Source: an uncultured Planctomycetales bacterium
Lineage (GTDB): Bacteria > Omnitrophota > Gorgyraeia > Gygaellales > Profunditerraquicolaceae
DNA: 64,000 nucleotides
Direction: 5' to 3'
NCBI GenBank assembly: GCA_964603585.1
Contig: CAZRVK010000004.1
Span: 438 to 64,437, forward strand
The notes under the pieces are model-generated. The model saw only the letters and a list, made by a program, of their open reading frames with translations, searched no databases and was not told the origin of the DNA. Below are positions 56,749 to 64,000 of the stretch, in pieces; within the stretch, counting starts at the first letter, position 1; each line of letters starts with the position of its first letter. A program made the translations under genes and the position numbers.

Positions 56749-58142
56749 ATTATGCCATTATTTTAGCCGGCGGGATCGGCAGCCGGTTCTGGCCGTTCAG
56801 CCGTGAGCTTGAACCTAAGCAGTTCATGCAGGTTATCGGAAATGTCAGCTTACTTCAGGCTACGATCATGCGATTAAAAGGAGTGATCGAGCCTAAGAAT
56901 ATTTACATTATTACCAACCAGATATATCTTTATGAATTAGAAAAACAGATCAAGCAATTCAATATCCCGAATGATAATATTATTCTTGAGCCAGAGGGCA
57001 AGAATACCGCTCCGGCTGTAGGATTGTGTGCTCGACTGATAAGTAAGAAGGACAAAAACGCGGTACTTGCTGTTTTTCCCGCAGATCATTATATCTCCAA
57101 TAATAATAAATTTCAGGTTAATATTAAAGAAGGTATTTTATGCGCCCAGGATGATTATCTGGTAACAATTGGCATAAAACCTAAGGGGCCATCTACCGGA
57201 TATGGGTATATTAAGGTCAGAAACAGGAAAAAAGCCACCTCGCCCCGGTATTATATTGTTGAAAGATTCCTGGAAAAACCTGATTTTAAAAGGGCCAGGC
57301 AGTATTTTTCCGATAAAAGCTTCTTTTGGAATAGCGGCATATTCATCTGGAAGGCGAAGGTTTATCTGGATGAATTAAAGGCATATTTGCCGGCGCTTTA
57401 TGCCCAGATAAATGCGATAAAAGGAAAGAATGATATTGTGCGGATCTGGCCACAAATCAGGCCTGTTTCGGTTGATTATGGGATCATGGAGTATTCAAAA
57501 CGCATTGCGCTGATTAAAGCGGAATTTGATTGGACTGACCTGGGCAGTTGGGATGCCTTAAACGAAATTATGCCTGCAGATAAACATGGCAATGTCATTA
57601 GCGCCGATTCCCTTGATTTTGCAAGCCGCGGGATCTCTGTGTTCAGTCGGAGCCAGCGTTTAATTTCAACTATCGGCGTCAGGGATCTGATCATCGCCGA
57701 CACCCCTGATGCCCTTTTGGTGTGCCATAAGGATAAGGCGCAAGATGTAAAGAAAATCGTTGAGTCTTTGAAATCTTCGAAACGCAAAGAGCATATTGTG
57801 CATGTTACAGAGAAACGGCCGTGGGGGGCTTATACGGTTTTAGAGAAAGCCTCCGGTTTTAAGATCAAGCTTATCGAAATTGAGCCGCAAAAGAGGCTTA
57901 GCTTACAGCGGCATAAAAACCGGGCAGAGCATTGGGTGGTGGTAAGCGGTACGGCCAGGGTTACCAGTAACGGAAATGTCCGGCTGGTTAAAAGTAATGA
58001 AAGTATTTATATCCCTAAAGGCACCAAGCACCGTCTGGAAAATCCGACAAGGCAATTGCTTAAGATAGTCGAGGTGCAGACCGGGATATACCTGGAAGAG
58101 GATGATATTGAGCGTTTTGACGACGATTATAAACGACGCTGA
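56745..58142 (+). CDS. manC: Mannose-1-phosphate guanylyltransferase / mannose-6-phosphate isomerase (type II PMI, bifunctional)
   Basis: N-terminal nucleotidyltransferase (AIILAGGIGSRFWP) and a C-terminal cupin (HWVVVSGTARV, PKGTKHRLEN). Confidence 0.85.
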   Translation: MNYAIILAGGIGSRFWPFSRELEPKQFMQVIGNVSLLQATIMRLKGVIEPKNIYIITNQIYLYELEKQIKQFNIPNDNIILEPEGKNTAPAVGLCARLISKKDKNAVLAVFPADHYISNNNKFQVNIKEGILCAQDDYLVTIGIKPKGPSTGYGYIKVRNRKKATSPRYYIVERFLEKPDFKRARQYFSDKSFFWNSGIFIWKAKVYLDELKAYLPALYAQINAIKGKNDIVRIWPQIRPVSVDYGIMEYSKRIALIKAEFDWTDLGSWDALNEIMPADKHGNVISADSLDFASRGISVFSRSQRLISTIGVRDLIIADTPDALLVCHKDKAQDVKKIVESLKSSKRKEHIVHVTEKRPWGAYTVLEKASGFKIKLIEIEPQKRLSLQRHKNRAEHWVVVSGTARVTSNGNVRLVKSNESIYIPKGTKHRLENPTRQLLKIVEVQTGIYLEEDDIERFDDDYKRR

Positions 58143-58198
58143 ACGCCTTCCGCCGAAGGCACTTCATCCTGCGGCCGGGACACTTGAAACTTTAAACC

Positions 58199-59287
58199 AT
58201 GACGCCGGGAATTCTTAACTTAAAGAATATTTTGATCATTAACCCTTTTGGTATCGGGGATGTTTTATTTACTTTTCCTGCAGTCAAGGCGCTAAGGAAT
58301 GCCTATCCGGATGCCCGGATCTATTATTGGGGGAATGAGCGGACAGCTGATATCTGTGCGAATAATCCGGATATTTATAAGGTTTTCAGCCTTTCCCGCG
58401 GTGATTTGAAGAAGATTTATCATCGATCATGGCTTGGCGGAATTAAGCGAAGTTTAAGCTTGTTTGCCGAGATAAAACGCGGTAATTTTGACCTGGCGGT
58501 TGATTTTTCCCTTGATCATCGGTATGGCTTTATTTCAATGATCGCTGGCATTAAAGAACGGATCGGGTTCAATTATAAAAACCGGGGCAGGTTCCTTACT
58601 CGAAAAATAGGTATTTCTGGCTTTGCCAAAAAGCATATGGCAGAGCATTATCTGGAACTGTTAGGTTTGGTTGGTATTAAGCCGGGAGTTTTCAATGCGC
58701 AGTTGTTTGTTCCGCCTAAAACCCTTAAATGGGCGGAGGAGGTCCTTTTAAAAGCCGGTATCTGCCGGGAAGATTTAGTGGTAGGTATTGCTCCAGGCGC
58801 AGGATTAAGCTGGGGGCAGAATGCCCTGCTCAAGCATTGGCCGCCGGCAAAATATGCCCAGCTTATCGATAAAATATTTTCAGAACTGGACGCGAAAGTG
58901 ATTTTGCTGGGAAATGAGCTGGAAAGGCATATCGCAGAGAATATTATTTCTGCGGCCAGGAGTAAAGTGGTGGATCTTGTCGGACAAACTGATTTGATTC
59001 AGTTGTGTGCGCTGATACGGCAGCTGACTGTTTTAATAACCAATGACGGGGGCCCGCTGCATATCGCTGCGGCATCCGGGATCAAAACAGTTTCTATTTT
59101 TGGCCCGGTGGATGAGAATGTGTATGGCCCGTATCCGCTCTCCGGACATCACATTATAGTTAAATCTGATCTGGATTGCCGGCCATGTTACCGAGATTTT
59201 CGCCTGGCAATTTGCCAGCGGCACCGGGAGTGTATAAATTCGATCACCGTAGATGAAGTTTTTAATTCTTTAAGGAGATTGCTATGA
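58199..59287 (+). CDS. Glycosyltransferase family 9 (heptosyltransferase-like)
   Basis: ILIINPFGIGDVLF and NDGGPLHIAAA GT9 motifs. Confidence 0.7.
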   Translation: MTPGILNLKNILIINPFGIGDVLFTFPAVKALRNAYPDARIYYWGNERTADICANNPDIYKVFSLSRGDLKKIYHRSWLGGIKRSLSLFAEIKRGNFDLAVDFSLDHRYGFISMIAGIKERIGFNYKNRGRFLTRKIGISGFAKKHMAEHYLELLGLVGIKPGVFNAQLFVPPKTLKWAEEVLLKAGICREDLVVGIAPGAGLSWGQNALLKHWPPAKYAQLIDKIFSELDAKVILLGNELERHIAENIISAARSKVVDLVGQTDLIQLCALIRQLTVLITNDGGPLHIAAASGIKTVSIFGPVDENVYGPYPLSGHHIIVKSDLDCRPCYRDFRLAICQRHRECINSITVDEVFNSLRRLL

Positions 59288-60402
59288 AAATACAGTTTTC
59301 TGATTTAGCCGCTCAACATGAAGAGATCAAGAATGAAATAAATAATGCCCTGAAGCGCACGATTAGACGCGGAGATTTCATTCTTGGCCAGGACGTTAGC
59401 TTGTTTGAAAAGGAGTTTTCCAGTTTCTGCGGGGCAAAATATGCCGTGGGGGTAAGTTCCGGGACAGCTGCTTTATTCCTGGCTTTATCTGCGATAGGGG
59501 TTTCTTTCGGTGATGAGGTTATTGTTCCCAGCTATACTTATATTGCTACTGCTTTAGCCGTCAGCTATACCGGGGCTAAGCCGGTTTTTGTGGATATCGA
59601 TGAGACGACTTACAATATCGATCTGGATAAGCTTAAACAGGCAATTACCAGGAAAACCAAAGCAATTATTCCGGTTCATCTTTATGGGCAGATGGCGGAT
59701 ATGTTCGGGGTGATGAAGATCGCAAAAGAGTATAACCTGCGCGTCATCGAAGATGCGGCACAAGCGCATGGCGCAACCTTAAAAATGCCGGATGGAAATA
59801 CGCGCCTTGCCGGTACAATCGGGGATATCGGTTGTTTTAGTTTTTATCCTTCGAAGAACCTGGGAGGTTTAGGGGATGGCGGGATGGTTATTACGAATAA
59901 TAGCCAGCTTAGCCAGAAACTGGTTATGCTAAGGAATTACGGCCGGGTTTCTAAATATGAGCATGCGATCATCGGTTATAATTCCCGCCTGGATACCATG
60001 CAGGCAGCGGTTTTACGGGTTAAATTAAAAAGGCTTGATCGTTGGAATGCCATGCGCCGTCAGGCTGCGCGTATTTATGATGAATTATTCAGCACTCTTC
60101 CGGGGGTGATCACTCCTTACGTGCGGGCTGAGGCGACTCCAGTATATCATTGCTATGCCATTCGGACTCCGATGCGGGATTTAGTTTTCCAGGAATTGAC
60201 TAAAAAAGGGGTGGGTGTGATTGTGCATTATCCGATACCATTGCATCTGCAAAAGGCTTATAAGGATCTGGCCCATAAACGCGGGGATTTTCCGGTTGCA
60301 GAGCGGGTAAGTAAAGAAATAATCTCTTTACCGATGTACCCGCACCTGAAACGGACAGCGATCAAGTTTGTCGTGGATAATATTAGAAAAGTTATATCTT
60401 AG
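59284..60402 (+). CDS. DegT/DnrJ/EryC1/StrS-family PLP-dependent sugar aminotransferase (ArnB/WecE-like)
   Basis: GDEVIVPSYTYIAT, the ...SFYPSKNLG.. Lys region and EDAAQAHGA. Confidence 0.85.
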   Translation: MKIQFSDLAAQHEEIKNEINNALKRTIRRGDFILGQDVSLFEKEFSSFCGAKYAVGVSSGTAALFLALSAIGVSFGDEVIVPSYTYIATALAVSYTGAKPVFVDIDETTYNIDLDKLKQAITRKTKAIIPVHLYGQMADMFGVMKIAKEYNLRVIEDAAQAHGATLKMPDGNTRLAGTIGDIGCFSFYPSKNLGGLGDGGMVITNNSQLSQKLVMLRNYGRVSKYEHAIIGYNSRLDTMQAAVLRVKLKRLDRWNAMRRQAARIYDELFSTLPGVITPYVRAEATPVYHCYAIRTPMRDLVFQELTKKGVGVIVHYPIPLHLQKAYKDLAHKRGDFPVAERVSKEIISLPMYPHLKRTAIKFVVDNIRKVIS

Positions 60403-60427
60403 ATACCGTTTCAAAAAAGGATAAAAT

Positions 60428-61198
60428 ATGCAAAAAAAAGCTTTGCTTTCGGTAGTCGTATTGACTAAAAATGAGGAATCCCGCATCGGCCAATGCTTAG
60501 ATTCGGCGATTTGGGCAGATGAGATCATTGTTGTCGATGATTTGAGCACGGATAAAACTCTTGATATCGTCCGCCGTTATACGGATAAGGTTTTTGTGCG
60601 AAAAATGCTTGTTGAAGGGGAGCATCGTAACTGGGCATACGCACAAGCCAGGAATCTTTGGGTATTCAGCCTTGATGCGGATGAGGTCATAACTCCCGAA
60701 CTAAAAGAAGAGATCCTCCGGGTTTTATCGGATACACCGGTGGAAAACGGGTTTACTGTTCCCAGGCGGAATTATATTGGCAGCCGGTGGGTAAAGCACG
60801 GAGGATGGTACCCGAGCCCGCAGTTGAAATTATTCCGCAAAGACAAATTCCGGTATGAGGAAGTAGCGGTGCATCCCAGGGCGTTCATGGACGATCCCTG
60901 CGGGCATTTAAAAGCGGATCTTATTCATTATTCATACCGGAACCTCGAGGATTTCCTGGCCAAACTGAATAATCAGACAACGCGTGAGGCAGAGAAATGG
61001 TATAAGCAGAAAAAACCTATGCGGGCCGGGAGGTTTATTTATCGTACCCTTGACCGGTTTTTACGTGCGTATATTGGGCGCAAGGGGTTTAAGGATGGTT
61101 CTCTTGGGCTTGCGATAGCATTTTTTGCCGGATTATACCAGTTTGTCAGCTACTTGAAATATTGCGAGATCATCCGTAACCAGGCAGGTAATAAATGA
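60428..61198 (+). CDS. Glycosyltransferase family 2 (LPS core-type)
   Basis: LSVVVLTKNEE, VVDDLSTDKT and LDADE. Confidence 0.75.
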   Translation: MQKKALLSVVVLTKNEESRIGQCLDSAIWADEIIVVDDLSTDKTLDIVRRYTDKVFVRKMLVEGEHRNWAYAQARNLWVFSLDADEVITPELKEEILRVLSDTPVENGFTVPRRNYIGSRWVKHGGWYPSPQLKLFRKDKFRYEEVAVHPRAFMDDPCGHLKADLIHYSYRNLEDFLAKLNNQTTREAEKWYKQKKPMRAGRFIYRTLDRFLRAYIGRKGFKDGSLGLAIAFFAGLYQFVSYLKYCEIIRNQAGNK

Positions 61199-61746
61199 AA
61201 GTGGTGTTTTTGGATCGAGACGGGGTAATTAACCGGTATCCCGGTGATTTTCTATATGTAAAGTCCCCAGATGAGTTCTATCTTCTTCCCGGGGTGAGCC
61301 AGGCAATAAAGCAATTGAATGAGCATGGTTTTCTGGTGTTTGTGATCTCAAATCAGGCAGGTGTCTCCAAAGGGATATATTCCCAGCAAACCCTGGATTT
61401 GATCACGGCTAAGATGCTTGAGGTGGTTAAATCAGGCGGCGGTCTGATTCACGGCGTTTATTATTGTACGCACCGGGATGAAGAAGGATGTGCTTGCCGT
61501 AAGCCCAAGCCAGGATTGGTGCATTTGGCGATCTCGCAAATGGAAAATAAGGATATAGAGCTGACAAAGAGCTATTTTATCGGTGATACGATCCGTGATA
61601 TTCAAACTGGTAAATCAGTTGGCTTGAATACAATACTTGTTTTTTCTGGCAAGGAAAAGCCCGAGAATCACAGTTCCTGGCAAACCAAACCTGACTTTAC
61701 GGCTTTGGATCTATTAAGCGCCGTTAATATGATCATTCGAAGATGA
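61195..61746 (+). CDS. gmhB: D-glycero-D-manno-heptose 1,7-bisphosphate phosphatase (HAD-IIIA)
   Basis: VFLDRDGVIN (HAD motif I) and the Zn-binding CTHRDEEGCACRKP insert typical of GmhB. 183 aa. Confidence 0.75.
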   Translation: MKVVFLDRDGVINRYPGDFLYVKSPDEFYLLPGVSQAIKQLNEHGFLVFVISNQAGVSKGIYSQQTLDLITAKMLEVVKSGGGLIHGVYYCTHRDEEGCACRKPKPGLVHLAISQMENKDIELTKSYFIGDTIRDIQTGKSVGLNTILVFSGKEKPENHSSWQTKPDFTALDLLSAVNMIIRR

Positions 61747-62846
61747 AAATCTTGATCGCTTATGCTTCTGCCGGAGCCGGGCATTTAAAGGCAGCCGAAG
61801 CGCTTTATGCGTATATTGAGGAGAATTTTCCTGACGTATCCGCGAGGATGGTTGATGTGGTGGATGAATCATCCAGGTTTTTAGGTTTTTTGTATAGATC
61901 CGGGTATAGTGTATTGGTAAAATACGCGCCTTGGTTATGGGCAATAGGGTTTTGGGTTACCCAGAACAGGTTGTTGCGCGGTATCATTCGGCCGCTTTCC
62001 GATCTTATAAGCCGGATGAATACAAAACAATTCGCCAGGGGTTTGCTCAAGGAAAACCCGGATATCATAATCTCGACCCATTTTCTTACCTCCGAAATTG
62101 CCGCACAATTGAAGCGGTCAGGCAGGATAAACTCTAAGCTGGTGACGGTTATTACGGATTTCGGAGTACATCCTTTTTGGCTTTCTAAAGGCACAGATAT
62201 TTATATCGCGGCGTCTGTTTTTACCAAAGAACTTTTAGTCAAAGAAGGGGTTGTATCTGATCGAATCCTGGATTTTGGTATTCCGGTCAAGAAAAAATTC
62301 ATTATGCCTTTTGATAGAATATCCTTAGCCGAAAAGCTCGAAATTCATCCGGATAGATTCACGCTTTTAGTTATGACCGGGTCTTTCGGTATTGGTCCGA
62401 TAGAAGAAGTTGTCCAAATGCTTTCTGGGAAAGTTCAAATCCTGGTTGTTTGTGCCAATAATCAAGGGTTATTCAAGCGTTTAAGCCTTCGGCATGATGA
62501 AGGTTTAAAGATTTTTGGTTTTATCGATAATGTCCATGAGCTTATGGCGGTATCTGATCTTATTGTTACCAAACCAGGAGGTTTGAGTATAGTGGAGTTG
62601 TTGGCGATGGAACTTGCACCGGTATTTGTATCTGCAATTCCCGGGCAGGAGTGTTGTAATGCGCTTTTTCTGGAAGATGCCGGTATTGGCCGAATTGCCC
62701 GGTCTGCTCATGAAATCGCCGGAATAGTCCTGGATTATAAAATGCATCCGGAAAAGTTATCCGCAATTAAAGCCAAAATCCAAGAGATAAGAAAACCTTA
62801 CGCCGCAAAGGAACTGATCGATGCTTTATGCTCAAGTCGTCTTTAA
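61743..62846 (+). CDS. GT28-family glycosyltransferase (MGDG synthase / UgtP-like)
   Basis: MKILIAYASAGAGHLKAAEAL N-terminal domain typical of MGDG_synth, and a C-terminal GT-B domain. Confidence 0.6.
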   Translation: MKILIAYASAGAGHLKAAEALYAYIEENFPDVSARMVDVVDESSRFLGFLYRSGYSVLVKYAPWLWAIGFWVTQNRLLRGIIRPLSDLISRMNTKQFARGLLKENPDIIISTHFLTSEIAAQLKRSGRINSKLVTVITDFGVHPFWLSKGTDIYIAASVFTKELLVKEGVVSDRILDFGIPVKKKFIMPFDRISLAEKLEIHPDRFTLLVMTGSFGIGPIEEVVQMLSGKVQILVVCANNQGLFKRLSLRHDEGLKIFGFIDNVHELMAVSDLIVTKPGGLSIVELLAMELAPVFVSAIPGQECCNALFLEDAGIGRIARSAHEIAGIVLDYKMHPEKLSAIKAKIQEIRKPYAAKELIDALCSSRL

Positions 62847-64000
62847 ATTCAGCGTAGAAGGACCTTTTGATTATCGGGTCCCGGAAGGTTTAGCGGCGAA
62901 AATCCGTCCCGGGAGCAGGGTGTGGGTTTTTTTTTGTAATCGCAAGTCGGTAGGTTATGTAGTCCGTCTTTTGCCGCAAACCTCGATCAAGAATCCCAAA
63001 AATATAATCGAAGTTATTGATGATATCCCGGTGTTGGATGAAGGAATGCTCTTATTAACCAAGAATATTGCGGATTATTATTGTTGTTCCTGGGGGGAGG
63101 CGATCGATACCTCGTTGCCAGAGAGCATTCGCTGCGGCCGGAAATTATTGTCTATCAACTATCCTACGGTTGTAAAGGCTCCTTCGAGGTTTGAGGTAGA
63201 ATTCCTGCATGATCTGGAGGGAGGAAATCGCTGGGGATTTTATTTGGACGAGATCCGCAAAACTTTATCCAATAAACAGCAGGTAATTGCGGTCTTTGCG
63301 GATATTACGGATCTTTTAAAAGCCAGAGAATTCTTTACTGCCCAGCTTAATGTTCCAATTTCAGTTTTATACCGCAAACAGCCTAAGGGGTTGGAAGAGT
63401 GGTCCAGGATCAAAGCGGGTGAAATTGATCTTGTTTTGGGAACACGTTCGGCGGTATTCGCGCCTTTGGCAAACCCAGGCCTTATTGTTATTGATAATGA
63501 GGACAGCTATGCTTATAAGCAAGACCAGGTCCCGCATTATCATGCGCGGACAGTAGCGTTTTTACGGTCAAAGATCATCCAATGCCGGCTGATCTTAGGA
63601 TCGGCATCTTTATCCGCAGAAAGTTTTCATTTGGCGCAGGCTGGAGTCCTAAAATATACCTGCCTGGGACAAACAGTTCAAGTACCCGATGTGTTGACTG
63701 TAGATACACGCGGGCAGTATCTTTTTGCTCCCAAACGGGGAGAAATATTCTTGCAGTATATTTGCGATAATATCCGCTCAACCCTGGAGAATAAGGGTAA
63801 GTCCCTGATATTCCTGAACCGCAAAGGATTTGCTACTTATGCCGCTTGTCAGCATTGCGGAGAAAGCCTGAAATGCCCGCGTTGCAGTATAAATCTGGTG
63901 TATCATTTCGGGTCTAATATGCTTCGTTGCCATTATTGTAACTTTAAGATGACGCCCCCAAAGATCTGCGCAAAGTGTAACTCGGGATATATCAAGTATT
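62821..64000 (+). CDS. priA: Primosomal protein N' (PriA), N-terminal ~393 aa; continues past window end
   Basis: Manual translation from the ATG at 62821 gives MLYAQVVFKFSVEGPFDYRVPEG... (PriA 3'BD start), GTRSAVFAPL, YHARTVA and the Cys-rich zinc-binding region CQHCGESLKCPRCS..RCHYCNF..CAKCNS. The ORF is absent from the track because no stop falls within the window. Confidence 0.8.
   Translation, partial: MLYAQVVFKFSVEGPFDYRVPEGLAAKIRPGSRVWVFFCNRKSVGYVVRLLPQTSIKNPKNIIEVIDDIPVLDEGMLLLTKNIADYYCCSWGEAIDTSLPESIRCGRKLLSINYPTVVKAPSRFEVEFLHDLEGGNRWGFYLDEIRKTLSNKQQVIAVFADITDLLKAREFFTAQLNVPISVLYRKQPKGLEEWSRIKAGEIDLVLGTRSAVFAPLANPGLIVIDNEDSYAYKQDQVPHYHARTVAFLRSKIIQCRLILGSASLSAESFHLAQAGVLKYTCLGQTVQVPDVLTVDTRGQYLFAPKRGEIFLQYICDNIRSTLENKGKSLIFLNRKGFATYAACQHCGESLKCPRCSINLVYHFGSNMLRCHYCNFKMTPPKICAKCNSGYIKY

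Noticed and set aside
58145-58160. Perfect 6-bp GC-rich hairpin gccttc-cgcc-gaaggc right after the manC stop, as an intrinsic terminator
   Set aside because: Not followed by a U-tract and the next gene starts 39 nt later. More likely a minor RNA structure or stop-proximal stabiliser. Not confident enough to call a terminator.
1-64000. Mobile elements, CRISPR arrays, tRNA or rRNA genes
   Set aside because: No transposase, integrase or recombinase-like ORFs. No direct-repeat/spacer arrays. No sequences with tRNA-like cloverleaf potential were noticed. The only repeat-like structure is the 12-bp inverted repeat at 14054-14152.

Overview
The window is a 64-kb stretch of a bacterial chromosome, apparently from a diderm (LPS-type heptosyltransferases and GmhB are present). 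Every credible gene lies on the + strand.

Part 1, gene order:
- The 3' end of an RNase E/G-family gene.
- Six consecutive type-IV-pilin-like genes (prepilin N-termini GFTLxE). They form two tandem three-gene modules, each ending in a PilX_N-domain protein.
- A translationally coupled housekeeping block: rplU, obg, proB, proA, nadD, rpe, a PGM/PMM-family mutase and plsC.
- rpsA, then a structured intergenic element, then tyrS.
- From about 15.3 kb to 62.8 kb, one continuous and almost gap-free surface-glycan / LPS biosynthesis super-locus of more than 40 genes.
- The 5' part of priA, running off the window end.

The glycan locus contains a Wzx-like flippase, about ten GT2 genes, GT4, two GT9 and one GT28 glycosyltransferases, and several GT-C-fold membrane enzymes (ArnT/PMT-like, YfhO-like, DUF2079, a WaaL-family ligase). 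It also carries rmlA/rmlB, two TyvE-like epimerases, further SDR epimerases, three nucleotidyltransferases including manC, a nucleotide-sugar dehydrogenase, a DegT aminotransferase and GmhB.

The most unusual accessory content, all inside the glycan locus:
- Two B12-binding radical SAM enzymes.
- An ATP-grasp enzyme, plus an SDR and a ThDP-dependent ALS-like pair reminiscent of YerE/YerF branched-chain sugar synthesis.
- Four methyltransferase genes in a row.
- A NodU/CmcH carbamoyltransferase followed by an SxtJ-like membrane protein and a 52-aa SxtK/DUF5989-like ORF that is missing from the ORF track.
- A GT2 + GtrA + methyltransferase tri-domain fusion.

No tRNA or rRNA genes, CRISPR arrays, transposases or integrases were seen. 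All minus-strand ORFs in the track look like antisense shadows of + strand genes.
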